DNA of 64,000 bases, taken from contig CAZKKW010000001.1 in NCBI GenBank assembly GCA_964553335.1, forward strand, positions 4,645 to 68,644, in the 5' to 3' direction. The translations under genes were made by a program, and so were the position numbers. Below are positions 30,641 through 40,192 of the stretch, one piece after another; positions within the stretch are counted from its first letter, which is position 1; every line of letters starts with the position of its first letter. The notes below the pieces were generated by a model that saw only the letters and a program-made list of their open reading frames with translations, did no database searches and had not been told where the DNA came from. The stretch is from an uncultured Hyphomicrobiales bacterium (GTDB lineage: Bacteria; Pseudomonadota; Alphaproteobacteria; Rhizobiales; JACESI01).

Positions 30641-31999
30641 TTAAACGGTATCATTGTTGTCCGGGGTGGCAAGAAAGTTTTCTAGCCAATGAATATCGTA
30701 GATTCCGTCTTGAATATCCTTGTTGTTCAATAATGAATGGAACAAAGGAATTGTCGTCTCGATACCATCAACCACAAATTCGTTCAAAGCACGGCGAAGA
30801 CGCATCATGCAGTCTGTACGGTTGCGCCCGTGAACGATGAGTTTGCCGATCAAACTGTCATAATAGGGGGGAATTCGGTAGCCCTGATAGACACCTGAAT
30901 CAACACGCACCCCAAAACCACCCGGTGGGTGATATTGTGTAATGGTGCCCGGTGACGGGGCGAAAGTTACAGGATGTTCTGCATTGATGCGGCATTCGAT
31001 CGCATGGCCATAAAATTGGACGTCTTTTTGTGTAACTGAAAGATCGCCGCCAGCCGCAACGCGAAGTTGTTCGTGAACTAGATCAATGCCCGTGACCGCT
31101 TCGGTTACAGGGTGTTCCACTTGAAGGCGTGTATTCATCTCAATGAAATAGAACTCGCCGTTTTCATAAAGAAACTCAACAGTACCAGCGCCCGAATAAC
31201 CCATTTTCGCAACAGCGTCGGCGCAAATTTTACCGATGCTTTCGCGCTCTTCTTCATTGAGCGTTGGGGAGAGGGCTTCTTCCCAAACTTTTTGGTGGCG
31301 GCGCTGCAATGAACAGTCGCGCTCACCTAAATGGATCGCATTGCCTTTGCCATCACCAAACACTTGAATTTCAATGTGGCGCGGTGTGATGAGGTATTTT
31401 TCAAGATAAAGCGCATCATCACCGAATGCTGCTTTTGCTTCGGTTTTAGCCGTTGATACAGCTTCACCAATGTCAGCCTCGGTCATTGCGACCTTCATGC
31501 CGCGACCGCCGCCGCCGCTTGCAGCTTTTACAATCACTGGGTAGCCGATTTCGCTAGCAACCTTCTTGGCGTCCGCAATACTTTTTACAGCACCCTTAGA
31601 ACCTGGAACAACCGGAATGCCCAGTTCTTCAGCTGTTTGCTTCGCCGTAATTTTGTCGCCCATAATGGAGATGTGTTTTGCTGATGGGCCGACAAATGTC
31701 AGGTTGTGGGCTTCCAAAATTTCAGCAAACCGTGCGTTTTCAGAAAGAAAACCGTATCCTGGGTGAACCGCCTCGGCGCCCGTGATTTCACAGGCTGCCA
31801 AGATTTCAGGGATTTTCAGATAAGAATCACGCGCAGGCGGAGGGCCAATACACACACTCTCATCTGCAAGGCGCACATGCATGGCATCAGCATCTGCTGT
31901 GGAGTGAGCGGCAACTGTTTGAATGCCAAGCTCTTTACAAGCGCGAAGAATGCGAAGCGCTATTTCACCGCGATTGGCGATAAGAAGTTTATTGAACAA
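30641..31999 (-). CDS. accC: acetyl-CoA carboxylase biotin carboxylase subunit
   Basis: 452 aa starting [26 protein letters not shown], with an ATP-grasp domain ([23 protein letters not shown]). It lies directly downstream of accB. Confidence 0.97.
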   Translation of the reverse strand: MFNKLLIANRGEIALRILRACKELGIQTVAAHSTADADAMHVRLADESVCIGPPPARDSYLKIPEILAACEITGAEAVHPGYGFLSENARFAEILEAHNLTFVGPSAKHISIMGDKITAKQTAEELGIPVVPGSKGAVKSIADAKKVASEIGYPVIVKAASGGGGRGMKVAMTEADIGEAVSTAKTEAKAAFGDDALYLEKYLITPRHIEIQVFGDGKGNAIHLGERDCSLQRRHQKVWEEALSPTLNEEERESIGKICADAVAKMGYSGAGTVEFLYENGEFYFIEMNTRLQVEHPVTEAVTGIDLVHEQLRVAAGGDLSVTQKDVQFYGHAIECRINAEHPVTFAPSPGTITQYHPPGGFGVRVDSGVYQGYRIPPYYDSLIGKLIVHGRNRTDCMMRLRRALNEFVVDGIETTIPLFHSLLNNKDIQDGIYDIHWLENFLATPDNNDTV

Positions 32000-32011
32000 A
32001 CCAACGCTCCC

Positions 32012-32494
32012 TTATTCGATCACGAAGAGCGGCTCGCCAAATTCCACTGGCTGTGCATCATCAACCAAAATAGCTTTCACCGTCCCTGCTTTTTCGGCAG
32101 GAATTTGGTTCATGGTTTTCATGGCTTCAATAATCAAAATAGTCTGACCAGCTTTTACCTTATCGCCGACCGCAACAAAGGCAGGCTTGCCCGGTTCTGG
32201 TGACAGGTAAGCGGTGCCGACCATTGGTGATTTGAGGGCGTTTTCTGAAGAGGAACTATCAGCCGCAGGTGCTGCAACAGCAGCAGGTGCCGCAGGTGCT
32301 GCCGCCGCTGCTGCAACAGGCGCTGCTGCTTGAGCGGGTGCCGCTGCTTGGATCACTTGTGTGACCTCGCTGGTCCGCGACAGGCGTAGACGCAATGTCT
32401 CATGCTCTATTTCAATTTCATTCAAATCTGTTTCTGAAAGGAGTTCAGCCAACTTGCGGATGAGTTCGTGATCAATTGGTTCGTTTTTTGCCAT
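32012..32494 (-). CDS. accB: acetyl-CoA carboxylase biotin carboxyl carrier protein
   Basis: 160 aa with an Ala/Pro linker and the biotinylation motif [11 protein letters not shown]. Confidence 0.95.
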   Translation of the reverse strand: MAKNEPIDHELIRKLAELLSETDLNEIEIEHETLRLRLSRTSEVTQVIQAAAPAQAAAPVAAAAAAPAAPAAVAAPAADSSSSENALKSPMVGTAYLSPEPGKPAFVAVGDKVKAGQTILIIEAMKTMNQIPAEKAGTVKAILVDDAQPVEFGEPLFVIE

Positions 32495-32539
32495 TTTAAT
32501 TCTTCTAATTCTTTTTGGGACGCTACGTTATTGGTCCTT

Positions 32540-32971
32540 TTAGGAGGTCGCTGCGATAGCTTTCATTGCGAGTGTATATCCATAAGTGCCTAAGCCTACA
32601 ATAGTTCCTTTTGAAACTGGGGAAACATAGGAGTGGTGACGGAATGCCTCGCGTGCATGAACGTTAGAAATATGCACTTCAATCACCTTGCAATTGCTAC
32701 CTGCAATTGCATCATGAAGGGCGACAGAGGTGTGTGTATAGGCGCCCGGATTGAAGATAACCCAAGTACCAGCGCTTCCTGCTTGCTGAAGCGCATCAAC
32801 AAGCTCGCCCTCATGGTTTGATTGTTGGCAGTCCACCGTGAAGCCAAGTTCTTCACCAATGCTTTTGCATTCTTGTTCAAGCATCTCCAAAGTGGTCGCG
32901 CCATAAATGTCAGGTTCTCTTGTTCCCAACAAATTCAGGTTAGGGCCGTTGAGGACCAAAACATTGGTCAT
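32540..32971 (-). CDS. aroQ: type II 3-dehydroquinate dehydratase
   Basis: MTNVLVLNGPNLNLLGTREPDIYG, NPGAYTHTSVALHDA and EVHISNVHAREAFRHHS motifs. I prefer the internal ATG (32971) to the ORF-track start at 32992. Confidence 0.95.
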   Translation of the reverse strand: MTNVLVLNGPNLNLLGTREPDIYGATTLEMLEQECKSIGEELGFTVDCQQSNHEGELVDALQQAGSAGTWVIFNPGAYTHTSVALHDAIAGSNCKVIEVHISNVHAREAFRHHSYVSPVSKGTIVGLGTYGYTLAMKAIAATS

Positions 32972-33084
32972 AATCTTAGCTTTCTTGTTCAAAACTTTTA
33001 GTGTCGGTGTTCTTTATAGGGGAGAGGCGGGGAAATCGAAAGAAAAACTATGTTTTCAGCCGTGTTGTGCACCGGATGGAAGCA

Positions 33085-33855
33085 TCAAGAGCAGGCTGTT
33101 TTCCCACATTCGCGCATGGCGGACACTTTTTGCTGCAAGACATCAAGTTCCACCGCACCCGGTATCAACTCATTGCCAATGATAAAAGAGGGGGTGCCAT
33201 TGATCCCTAAATCGCTCGCCAATTGGTAGACCTCATTGATCGCTTCATCTGCTTGGGGCGTTTGGATAAAGCTCTCAATTTTGTCGGTGTCGATACCAAG
33301 ATTGGCTGATAAGGCAAGTGCTATACGTTGATTGACCTGACCGTGTGCGCTTAAAAGCTGTGTATGAAGTTCTTTGTATTTTGCTGGCGCAATTTTAGAC
33401 GCCGCAATTGAAACGCGAGCAGCTTCTTGAGAACCCGGCCCAAGAACAGGGAATTCTTTCAAGATCACTTTGATTTTTGGGTCTTGCTCGATCAAGGCCT
33501 CAACAGTTGACAAGGTTTGACGGCAGAAGCCGCAGTTGTAATCGAAGAACTCAATCAGTGTGACATCACCCTCTGGGTTGCCGATCACCATTTGATGGTC
33601 AGATGCATGTAAAATTTCAGCATTTGCTTGAATTTGACGCTGTTGGTTCGCAGCAACTTGTTCCTCGTGACGGCGTTCAAGCGTTTGCAGTGCTTCCACA
33701 ATCACTTCAGGATTTTTCAAAAGGTAGTCGTGAACCAGTTTTTCAATTTCTGCATCGGTGCGAGTTTGCGGTGCTTGGGCATGTGCTGCGGTCATTGCCA
33801 TCGCCAAAGCCCCAAATAGACTTAATCCTGCAATTTTAAGCCAAGCTCTTTTCAT
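33085..33855 (-). CDS. DsbA-family thiol:disulfide oxidoreductase (periplasmic)
   Basis: 256 aa with a signal peptide and the thioredoxin-fold active site FFDYNCGFCRQ. Confidence 0.85.
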   Translation of the reverse strand: MKRAWLKIAGLSLFGALAMAMTAAHAQAPQTRTDAEIEKLVHDYLLKNPEVIVEALQTLERRHEEQVAANQQRQIQANAEILHASDHQMVIGNPEGDVTLIEFFDYNCGFCRQTLSTVEALIEQDPKIKVILKEFPVLGPGSQEAARVSIAASKIAPAKYKELHTQLLSAHGQVNQRIALALSANLGIDTDKIESFIQTPQADEAINEVYQLASDLGINGTPSFIIGNELIPGAVELDVLQQKVSAMRECGKTACS

Positions 33856-33930
33856 CTGTTTCTACGTAAACCTTTTGGTTCAATCGACGATAAAAAAGAC
33901 CATATAGCGTAATGTTCAAACCGCCAAGTT

Positions 33931-35343
33931 TTAGAGACGAGGGTTTTTGAATTTCAAAATATCATCAGCTTGAATCCAACCTCTGCTTCCCGTTTTTAAC
34001 TTCTTCTTTGCCCGTGAAGCATGAAATTTAGAGCCCCGGATATCACCGAAATAGAAAAGGCCGTTTGCAGTCGCCAAACTTGCTAAACCGGGCTGACCTG
34101 CACGTGAATGAGCGATTGCAAGTTGTTGATGCGCATTGGCGATTGTTTGGTCGCGAGCAATTGCTTTCGTTAAGACGCTTATCGCTTCTTTATTGTTCTT
34201 TGGATTGTTGGTCGCAACGAGCGCATGGCCAAGGAGCGTTTGAATAAGGGGTTGTCCAGGGGACAATTTCAATGCTTTACGCAAAGGTGCAATGGCATTT
34301 TGTGGCTGGCCACCTTCTAGGTAAGCTTGGCCTTTGAGCTCCCAAAAATAAGGGTAGTTTGGCGCGCGCTTGATCAATTTATCAATATTCTTTTGAGCTC
34401 GTTTAACTTTGCCAAAACGATATCCAACAATGGCGCGTGCATAATCTGCGGCGAGTGATTTATCTTTTGAGGGATAACGCCGTCCCACTCGCTGTGGATG
34501 TTCTGTAAAGGCTGAAATTTTGGCCTGCATTAATTTGTGACGCGCAATCAGAGATTTACTGTCTTTTTTGTCTCTAAATTTACTCTTTGCTACGAGGTTT
34601 TCGATCAATCCAATACGTTCCCGTGGTAACGGGTGGGAAAGCACATAAGGATCAATGGATCGTGCTGTGACAGGAATTTGACGCTGTAAGGTCTCAAATG
34701 TTTTCAGCATGCCAACAGCTGATTGGCCTGTTTTTTCCAGATAAGTAACGGCTGCACGGTCTGCGGCAACTTCCTCTGTGCGTTGGTGTGCGAGAATTGT
34801 GCGCCCAGCAACGGAACTGCTACCGTGCAAGAGGCCAGCACCTGCTTGAGCTGCTTGAGTGCTGCCTGCTGCAGCACCTGCAACAATAGCTGCACCAGCT
34901 AGAATGCTTGAGACAATTGAAATTGTCCGCGCACCAGAAACGGCTTGACGAATGCGGGTTAGGTGTCCGCCTGCGATATGACCTGCTTCATGGGCGATAA
35001 CGCCGATCACTTCGTTGGGTGTATCTGCCTGTCTGAGTGTCCCAAGATTGATAAACATGCGACGACCATTAGCAACGAAGGCATTAAATTGGTTGGATCT
35101 GACAAGGTGGATTGCAACGAAATTAGATTTTAAGCCTGCTGCCTTGAAAATCGGTTGTGAGTAATCTCTGATCAATGCTTCCATCTCAGCATCGCGAACG
35201 AGGGGAATACCACCTTGAGCTGCTGCTGGCCCTATGGTCATTGAAAATGCGAGCATTGCTGCCAGCATAACTTTTAAAGCCTTGATTACATGTGCACTGA
35301 TAGAGGCCATTATAAGGGTTCCAATCTTCGTCGCGTCGTTCAT
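33931..35343 (-). CDS. M48-family zinc metalloprotease with C-terminal TPR repeats (BepA-like)
   Basis: 470 aa with an N-terminal signal/anchor, the HEAGH zinc motif (AHEAGHIAGGH) and a TPR-like C-terminal half. The start could be the downstream Met (codon 12). Confidence 0.85.
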   Translation of the reverse strand: MNDATKIGTLIMASISAHVIKALKVMLAAMLAFSMTIGPAAAQGGIPLVRDAEMEALIRDYSQPIFKAAGLKSNFVAIHLVRSNQFNAFVANGRRMFINLGTLRQADTPNEVIGVIAHEAGHIAGGHLTRIRQAVSGARTISIVSSILAGAAIVAGAAAGSTQAAQAGAGLLHGSSSVAGRTILAHQRTEEVAADRAAVTYLEKTGQSAVGMLKTFETLQRQIPVTARSIDPYVLSHPLPRERIGLIENLVAKSKFRDKKDSKSLIARHKLMQAKISAFTEHPQRVGRRYPSKDKSLAADYARAIVGYRFGKVKRAQKNIDKLIKRAPNYPYFWELKGQAYLEGGQPQNAIAPLRKALKLSPGQPLIQTLLGHALVATNNPKNNKEAISVLTKAIARDQTIANAHQQLAIAHSRAGQPGLASLATANGLFYFGDIRGSKFHASRAKKKLKTGSRGWIQADDILKFKNPRL

Positions 35344-35457
35344 GCTTAAACACTTTATATCAGGCTTGCCGAATGGTCATGGCTGAAATATGGCTAAGCG
35401 TATAAAACTTAGCATAAATACATCTGAGCCATATCGCTATGGGTAAGTGAGGGACAA

Positions 35458-36609
35458 TTGATAATATCTACGTCAGATCGTAGTGAGATTTCGTCATTTT
35501 TGGCAATGGATGTGCTTCGACGCGCCAATGCGGCAGAACGCGAGGGTGAAGACGTCATCCACATGGAAGTTGGCCAGCCTGCGGCCTCAGCTCCATCCAT
35601 CGTGATTGAAGAGGCGCAAAAGTGGCTTGCGAAAGGTCGTTTAGGCTATACGGACGCCCTTGGCCTTGATGATTTGCGAAAACGGATTGCATCGCACTAT
35701 CACGAAAAGTATGCGGTTGAAATCGATCCGCACCGTATCGCGGTAACCACTGGCTCATCTGGTGGTTTTAATCTCGCATTTCTTGCCGCTTTTGATGTTG
35801 GGGATAAAATTGGCCTGCCGTCACCAGGTTATCCAGCGTATCGCAATATTTTAGCAGCGCTCGGTCTTGAGGTGGTAGAGATTGAAACCACCGCAGAGGA
35901 TCGGTGGACACTGAGTGAGCGCGCGTTACGCGAAGCCCACGAAACCCATGGATTAAAGGGTGTATTGGTCGCAAGCCCTGCCAATCCAAGTGGCACCATG
36001 CTCACATCTGACATGTTGAAGCGGGTTTGTGAAACCTGCAAGGAACTGAGCATTCGTTTCATCTCGGATGAGATTTATCATGGTCTTGTTTTTGAAGGGG
36101 AGGAAGAGACAGCCCTTCGTTATAGCGATGAGGTGATTGTCGTGAATTCGTTCAGCAAATACTATTGCATGACGGGCTGGCGGGTCGGTTGGATGATTTT
36201 GCCCGAAAATATGGTTCGAACAGTAGAACGGCTTGCGCAGAACCTCTTTATCTCAGCACCAGAACTATCACAAAGGGCAGGGATTGCTGCCTTTGATGCT
36301 ATGGCAGAGTTTGAAGTTATAAAAGCAGGCTATGCTGAAAATCGTCGTATTATCAGTGCAGCATTAAAAGCAATGGGGCTTACAGATTACCACCCTGTTG
36401 ATGGCGCGTTTTATTTCTATGTGAATGTTAAAAACCACACGAACGATTCGTTGCAATTCTCCCAAAAAATGCTGGATGAAATTCACGTGGCGGCAACACC
36501 GGGAGCTGATTTTGATCCGGTGCGCGGCCATCAATATTTGCGGTTTTCTTTCGCGGGGGAAGCCGCCAATATGCAGCGCGCCATGGAGCGCTTGGGCAAT
36601 TGGCTCTAA
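35458..36609 (+). CDS. class I/II pyridoxal-phosphate-dependent aminotransferase
   Basis: 383 aa with FLAMDVLRRA, GYPAYRN, and SFSKYYCMTGWRVGW (PLP lysine). It uses a TTG start. Confidence 0.9.
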   Translation: MIISTSDRSEISSFLAMDVLRRANAAEREGEDVIHMEVGQPAASAPSIVIEEAQKWLAKGRLGYTDALGLDDLRKRIASHYHEKYAVEIDPHRIAVTTGSSGGFNLAFLAAFDVGDKIGLPSPGYPAYRNILAALGLEVVEIETTAEDRWTLSERALREAHETHGLKGVLVASPANPSGTMLTSDMLKRVCETCKELSIRFISDEIYHGLVFEGEEETALRYSDEVIVVNSFSKYYCMTGWRVGWMILPENMVRTVERLAQNLFISAPELSQRAGIAAFDAMAEFEVIKAGYAENRRIISAALKAMGLTDYHPVDGAFYFYVNVKNHTNDSLQFSQKMLDEIHVAATPGADFDPVRGHQYLRFSFAGEAANMQRAMERLGNWL

Positions 36610-36613
36610 CGAA

Positions 36614-36640
36614 AAATGCCCGCGTTAGACGCGGGCATTT
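36614..36640. terminator. bidirectional Rho-independent terminator between aminotransferase and rne
   Basis: aaatgcccgcg (36614-36624) pairs with cgcgggcattt (30-40 of 366xx). This 11-bp perfect stem is flanked by A-tract and T-tract sequence on both sides. Confidence 0.85.
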
Positions 36641-36667
36641 ATGTTTATTTCAAAAGCATAGAGCGAT

Positions 36668-39499
36668 CTAAAAGAAGGAGCGGCGTTGCCACCAGCCTGA
36701 TTTAGCTGGTTTCTTTTCCTTACCATCGTCTTTCGAAGCTTCAGCCTCAGTGGGTGCTTCTGCCTCGGCAGGTGCTTCAGGTGCTGTTTCTTCAGGAGCG
36801 GCCTTGGCTTGTGCATCAGCCTCAGCTGCCGCAGCATCAGCTTTCTTTTTAGCAATCGTTGCAGCCCGTTTTTGTGCAGGCGTCAACTTGGCAGGCGCTT
36901 CCTCAACCACATCTTCTTGAACTTCTTTGGGTGTTTCAGAAGATTCTGCGTCGGCTGCTACTTCTTTTGACTTGCGTGGTGCGCGTTTGCGAGGTTTTTT
37001 CGCTGGCTTTTCGTCAGCTTTCGGCTTGTCATCAGCGGCTTCCGAGACGCTCTCACTTGAGGCCTCTGCTGCTGCTTCATTTGCAGCACCGTCTTCTTGC
37101 GCGACAGCGTCTACAGCTTCACCATCAGCTGCTTCTGCATTCTCAGTTGCATCAGCACTACCACGATCACGACGACCACCACGGCGACCACGTCTGCGGC
37201 GTTTTTTCTTACCTTCGCCGTCACCGTCTTCTGTTTCCCCGTCAGCAGATGAAGCTTCAGCTTGATTTTCGCTGTCGTCTTCATTGCCATCTTCGTTTGA
37301 AGCATCCGCATCAGATTTGCCACGTCTACGGCCCCGTCTTCTGCGGCGTTTACGAGGGGGTTTATCATCCTCGTCGCGGATTTCTTCTTCTGCAACATCT
37401 TTGGCGATAAGCTCTGCTTCCGCTGCTTCCGCCGCCGCATCCAGTTCCGCGTCGCGGGCAAGTTCTGCGTCAATATCGACGGTTTCAGGTGTCACCATCG
37501 ACGGAGACTTCGGCGCTTCAGCGCGTTCTCCTCGACTAATTGTGCAATATTCGCCAATGATCGTCTCATCCGATTCAAATGTAATCGCAAGACCGAAACG
37601 CTCTTCAAGCTCCATCAAATTGGCACGTTTGTGGTTAAGCACATAAAGTGCGACGGAGCCCCGAGTGCGAACAATTAGATTGTGTTTTGAACCCTTGTTC
37701 AAATGGTCTTCAATTGCCCGCAACACGTACAGCGAAACGGAGGCAGGGCCGCGTACATAGCCAGTGCCTTCACAATGCGGACATTCTTCCATCGTGCTTT
37801 CAAGGACACTTGCACGAATGCGTTGGCGTGACATTTCAAGTAGACCAAAGTGAGAAATACGGCCGACTTGAATGCGTGCACGGTCATTGCGCAGGCATTC
37901 TTTAAGCTTGCGTTCAACCGCACGATTGTTGCGGTTTTCTTCCATATCGATGAAGTCAATCACCACAAGGCCTGCAAGGTCGCGCAATCGAAGTTGGCGA
38001 GCCACTTCTTCAGCCGTCTCTAGGTTTGTGCTGAGTGCTGTTTCTTCAATCGAACTTTCGCGGGTCGATTTACCGGAGTTCACGTCAATAGAAACCAAAG
38101 CTTCCGTTTGGTTGATGATGATATAGCCACCAGATTTCAATGTTACGCGCGTGGAAAACATTTCATCCAGTTGAGCTTCGACACCGTAGCGCGCAAAAAT
38201 TGGCTGCAAGTCTTTATACGGCTGCACGTTTTTTGCGTGGCTCGGCATCAGCATGCGCATGAAGTCTTTTGCTTCACGGTAGCCTTCATCACCAGACACC
38301 AGCACTTGCTTGATGTCTTTATTATACAGATCTCGAATGGAACGCTTAAGCAGGCTGCCTTCTTCATAGACAAGGGCAGGGGCAGATGATTTTAAGGTGA
38401 AATCGCGCACATTTTCCCAAAGGCGCATGAGGTATTCAAAATCGCGGTTGATTTCAGGCTTGGTGCGGCTTGCCCCAGCTGTACGCAAAATGACGCCCAT
38501 GCCTTCAGCAACATCAAGGTCAGTCGCGATTGCCCGCAAGCGCTTACGGTCGGATTGATTGGTGATCTTGCGAGAAATCCCGCCACCACGGTCGGTGTTT
38601 GGCATCAAGACCGAATAACGGCCAGCAAGTGAAAGATAAGTGGTAAGGGCTGCTCCCTTATTGCCACGCTCTTCTTTGACAACCTGCACCAAAATGATTT
38701 GGCGACGTTTTATAACTTCTTGAATTTTATATTGTTTTGCGCGAGGGCGAGAGCGGCGCTCTGGAACTTCTTCTAAAGCATCTTCTGACCCAACGGATTC
38801 GACGTCTTCCTCAGCCTCATCGTCCGATTCATCTTCGTCTTCGTCGCTGTTTTCTGCGTCCGCTTTTGATTCTGGCTCGTTTTCAGCGTCATCAGTTGAT
38901 TCTTCAACTGTTTTTGCTTCAGTTTCATCAGCCTCTTCATCAGCCGCTTCTTCTGCTTTGGCAGTATCTTCGGTGGCAACTGCTTCTTCAGCGTTTTCTG
39001 CGGCTGCATCAACAACGGCGTCTTCGCCTTCGCTAGCAGTTACCGCTTCATCTGTTGCGCTATCTTCAGCAGCATCAGTGGCCTCTTCTTCAACAACGTC
39101 AGACTGAACGACTTCATCTTTTTTAGCCCGAGCAGCTTTGCTTGAGCCGCGACGACGGCGACCGCGCTTTTTCGGCGCTTCTTCTTCGTCTTCCTCATTG
39201 GCTGCTTTATGGGCGGCTGCTTCTTCTTCCAGCAAAGCCTGACGGTCTGCCACTGGAATTTGATAATAATCTGGATGAATTTCCGAGAAAGCAAGGAAAC
39301 CATGACGGTTGCCGCCATAGTCGACAAAGGCTGCCTGTAATGATGGTTCTACCCGCGTTACTTTTGCAAGGTAGATGTTGCCTTTTAGTTGTTTCTTGTT
39401 TTCGGCTTCAAAGTCGAATTCTTCGACTCTGTTGCCGCGAACCACCACAACCCGAGTTTCCTCGGGGTGGGCGGCATCAATGAGCATCTTGTTGTCCAT
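36668..39499 (-). CDS. rne: ribonuclease E
   Basis: 943 aa. N-terminal catalytic-domain motifs are present ([67 protein letters not shown]). There is a long acidic insertion and a charged low-complexity C-terminus ending in GWWQRRSFF. Confidence 0.96.
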   Translation of the reverse strand: [943 protein letters not shown]

Positions 39500-40192
39500 T
39501 TAGTCTGGTCTCCACAACCGCGCCGCAAATCATGGCCTAAATCATGGTGATCGGATTGCCGATCCACCGGACTAAAGCCGTTTTGTGCGAGGAGGTTGGT
39601 TGGGTTATGGGCCAAGCTAGATGTGGTCAAACGTTTCGTTTCAACACTGATCATAGACATACGCGTTGTGAAACCTGCGTATAGGAGTGCTGCAGACGTA
39701 AGTGCTGCAACAATAAAGGTTTCGTCGTTTAACAGTTCGCTTGGCAATTTTGATACCTGAAGGAACAAGTTTGTTCCAAATGAAGAAATAGGCACAACTG
39801 ACATCCCGATAGAGGGAAAATCTGTTATGGCGGCAATCTCGACACTTCAGTTAGCGTTGCGTGGAAGTTGAAAATTCTCGAACGGGTTACGTTCCAAAGA
39901 AACTTCTTGTCCACGTTCTCATGGTATCAAACGGTCATCGCAAAGTGGTCTGAACATGCCCCTAAACGTCTGGGGTCGAATTCAATCGGATGCTTTGATA
40001 ACGTGATCAAGAGCTTCCTGCTACTTTGCTCGCCTTTGTTACGCCTGAGACAGCTGTACAAAGCGTCAAAAATTTTGCCGCATTTATATCTCTATGTGCG
40101 AATCTATAATAATTCAAGGAAAAGAAATTTCTTCTGTTAGATATTCAGGGGGGCGAGGGCGTGTTGATTGAACATATAAAGGTGCTGAAGTC

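Noticed and set aside
32220-32345. GC-rich gct/gca/gcc repetitive DNA
   Set aside because: It encodes the normal Ala/Pro-rich flexible linker of AccB and is not an independent repeat element.
36859-37646. Several 110-180-aa plus-strand ORFs (36859..37410, 36927..37265, 37284..37646)
   Set aside because: They are antisense or alternate-frame readings of the repetitive charged C-terminal region of rne. Their repetitive L/R/S/H composition mirrors the D/E/A/R codons of the real gene.
39385-39804. 139-aa minus-strand ORF overlapping the rne start
   Set aside because: It is out of frame with rne, overlaps its first 115 nt, and has no RBS or motif. The region is more plausibly the rne 5' UTR.
39868-40140. 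90-aa plus-strand ORF in the rne/amiC intergenic region
   Set aside because: It starts with TTG, has no RBS, and its composition is odd (Leu/Ser/Phe/Cys-rich, ending ...NFFC). I cannot exclude it, but nothing supports it.
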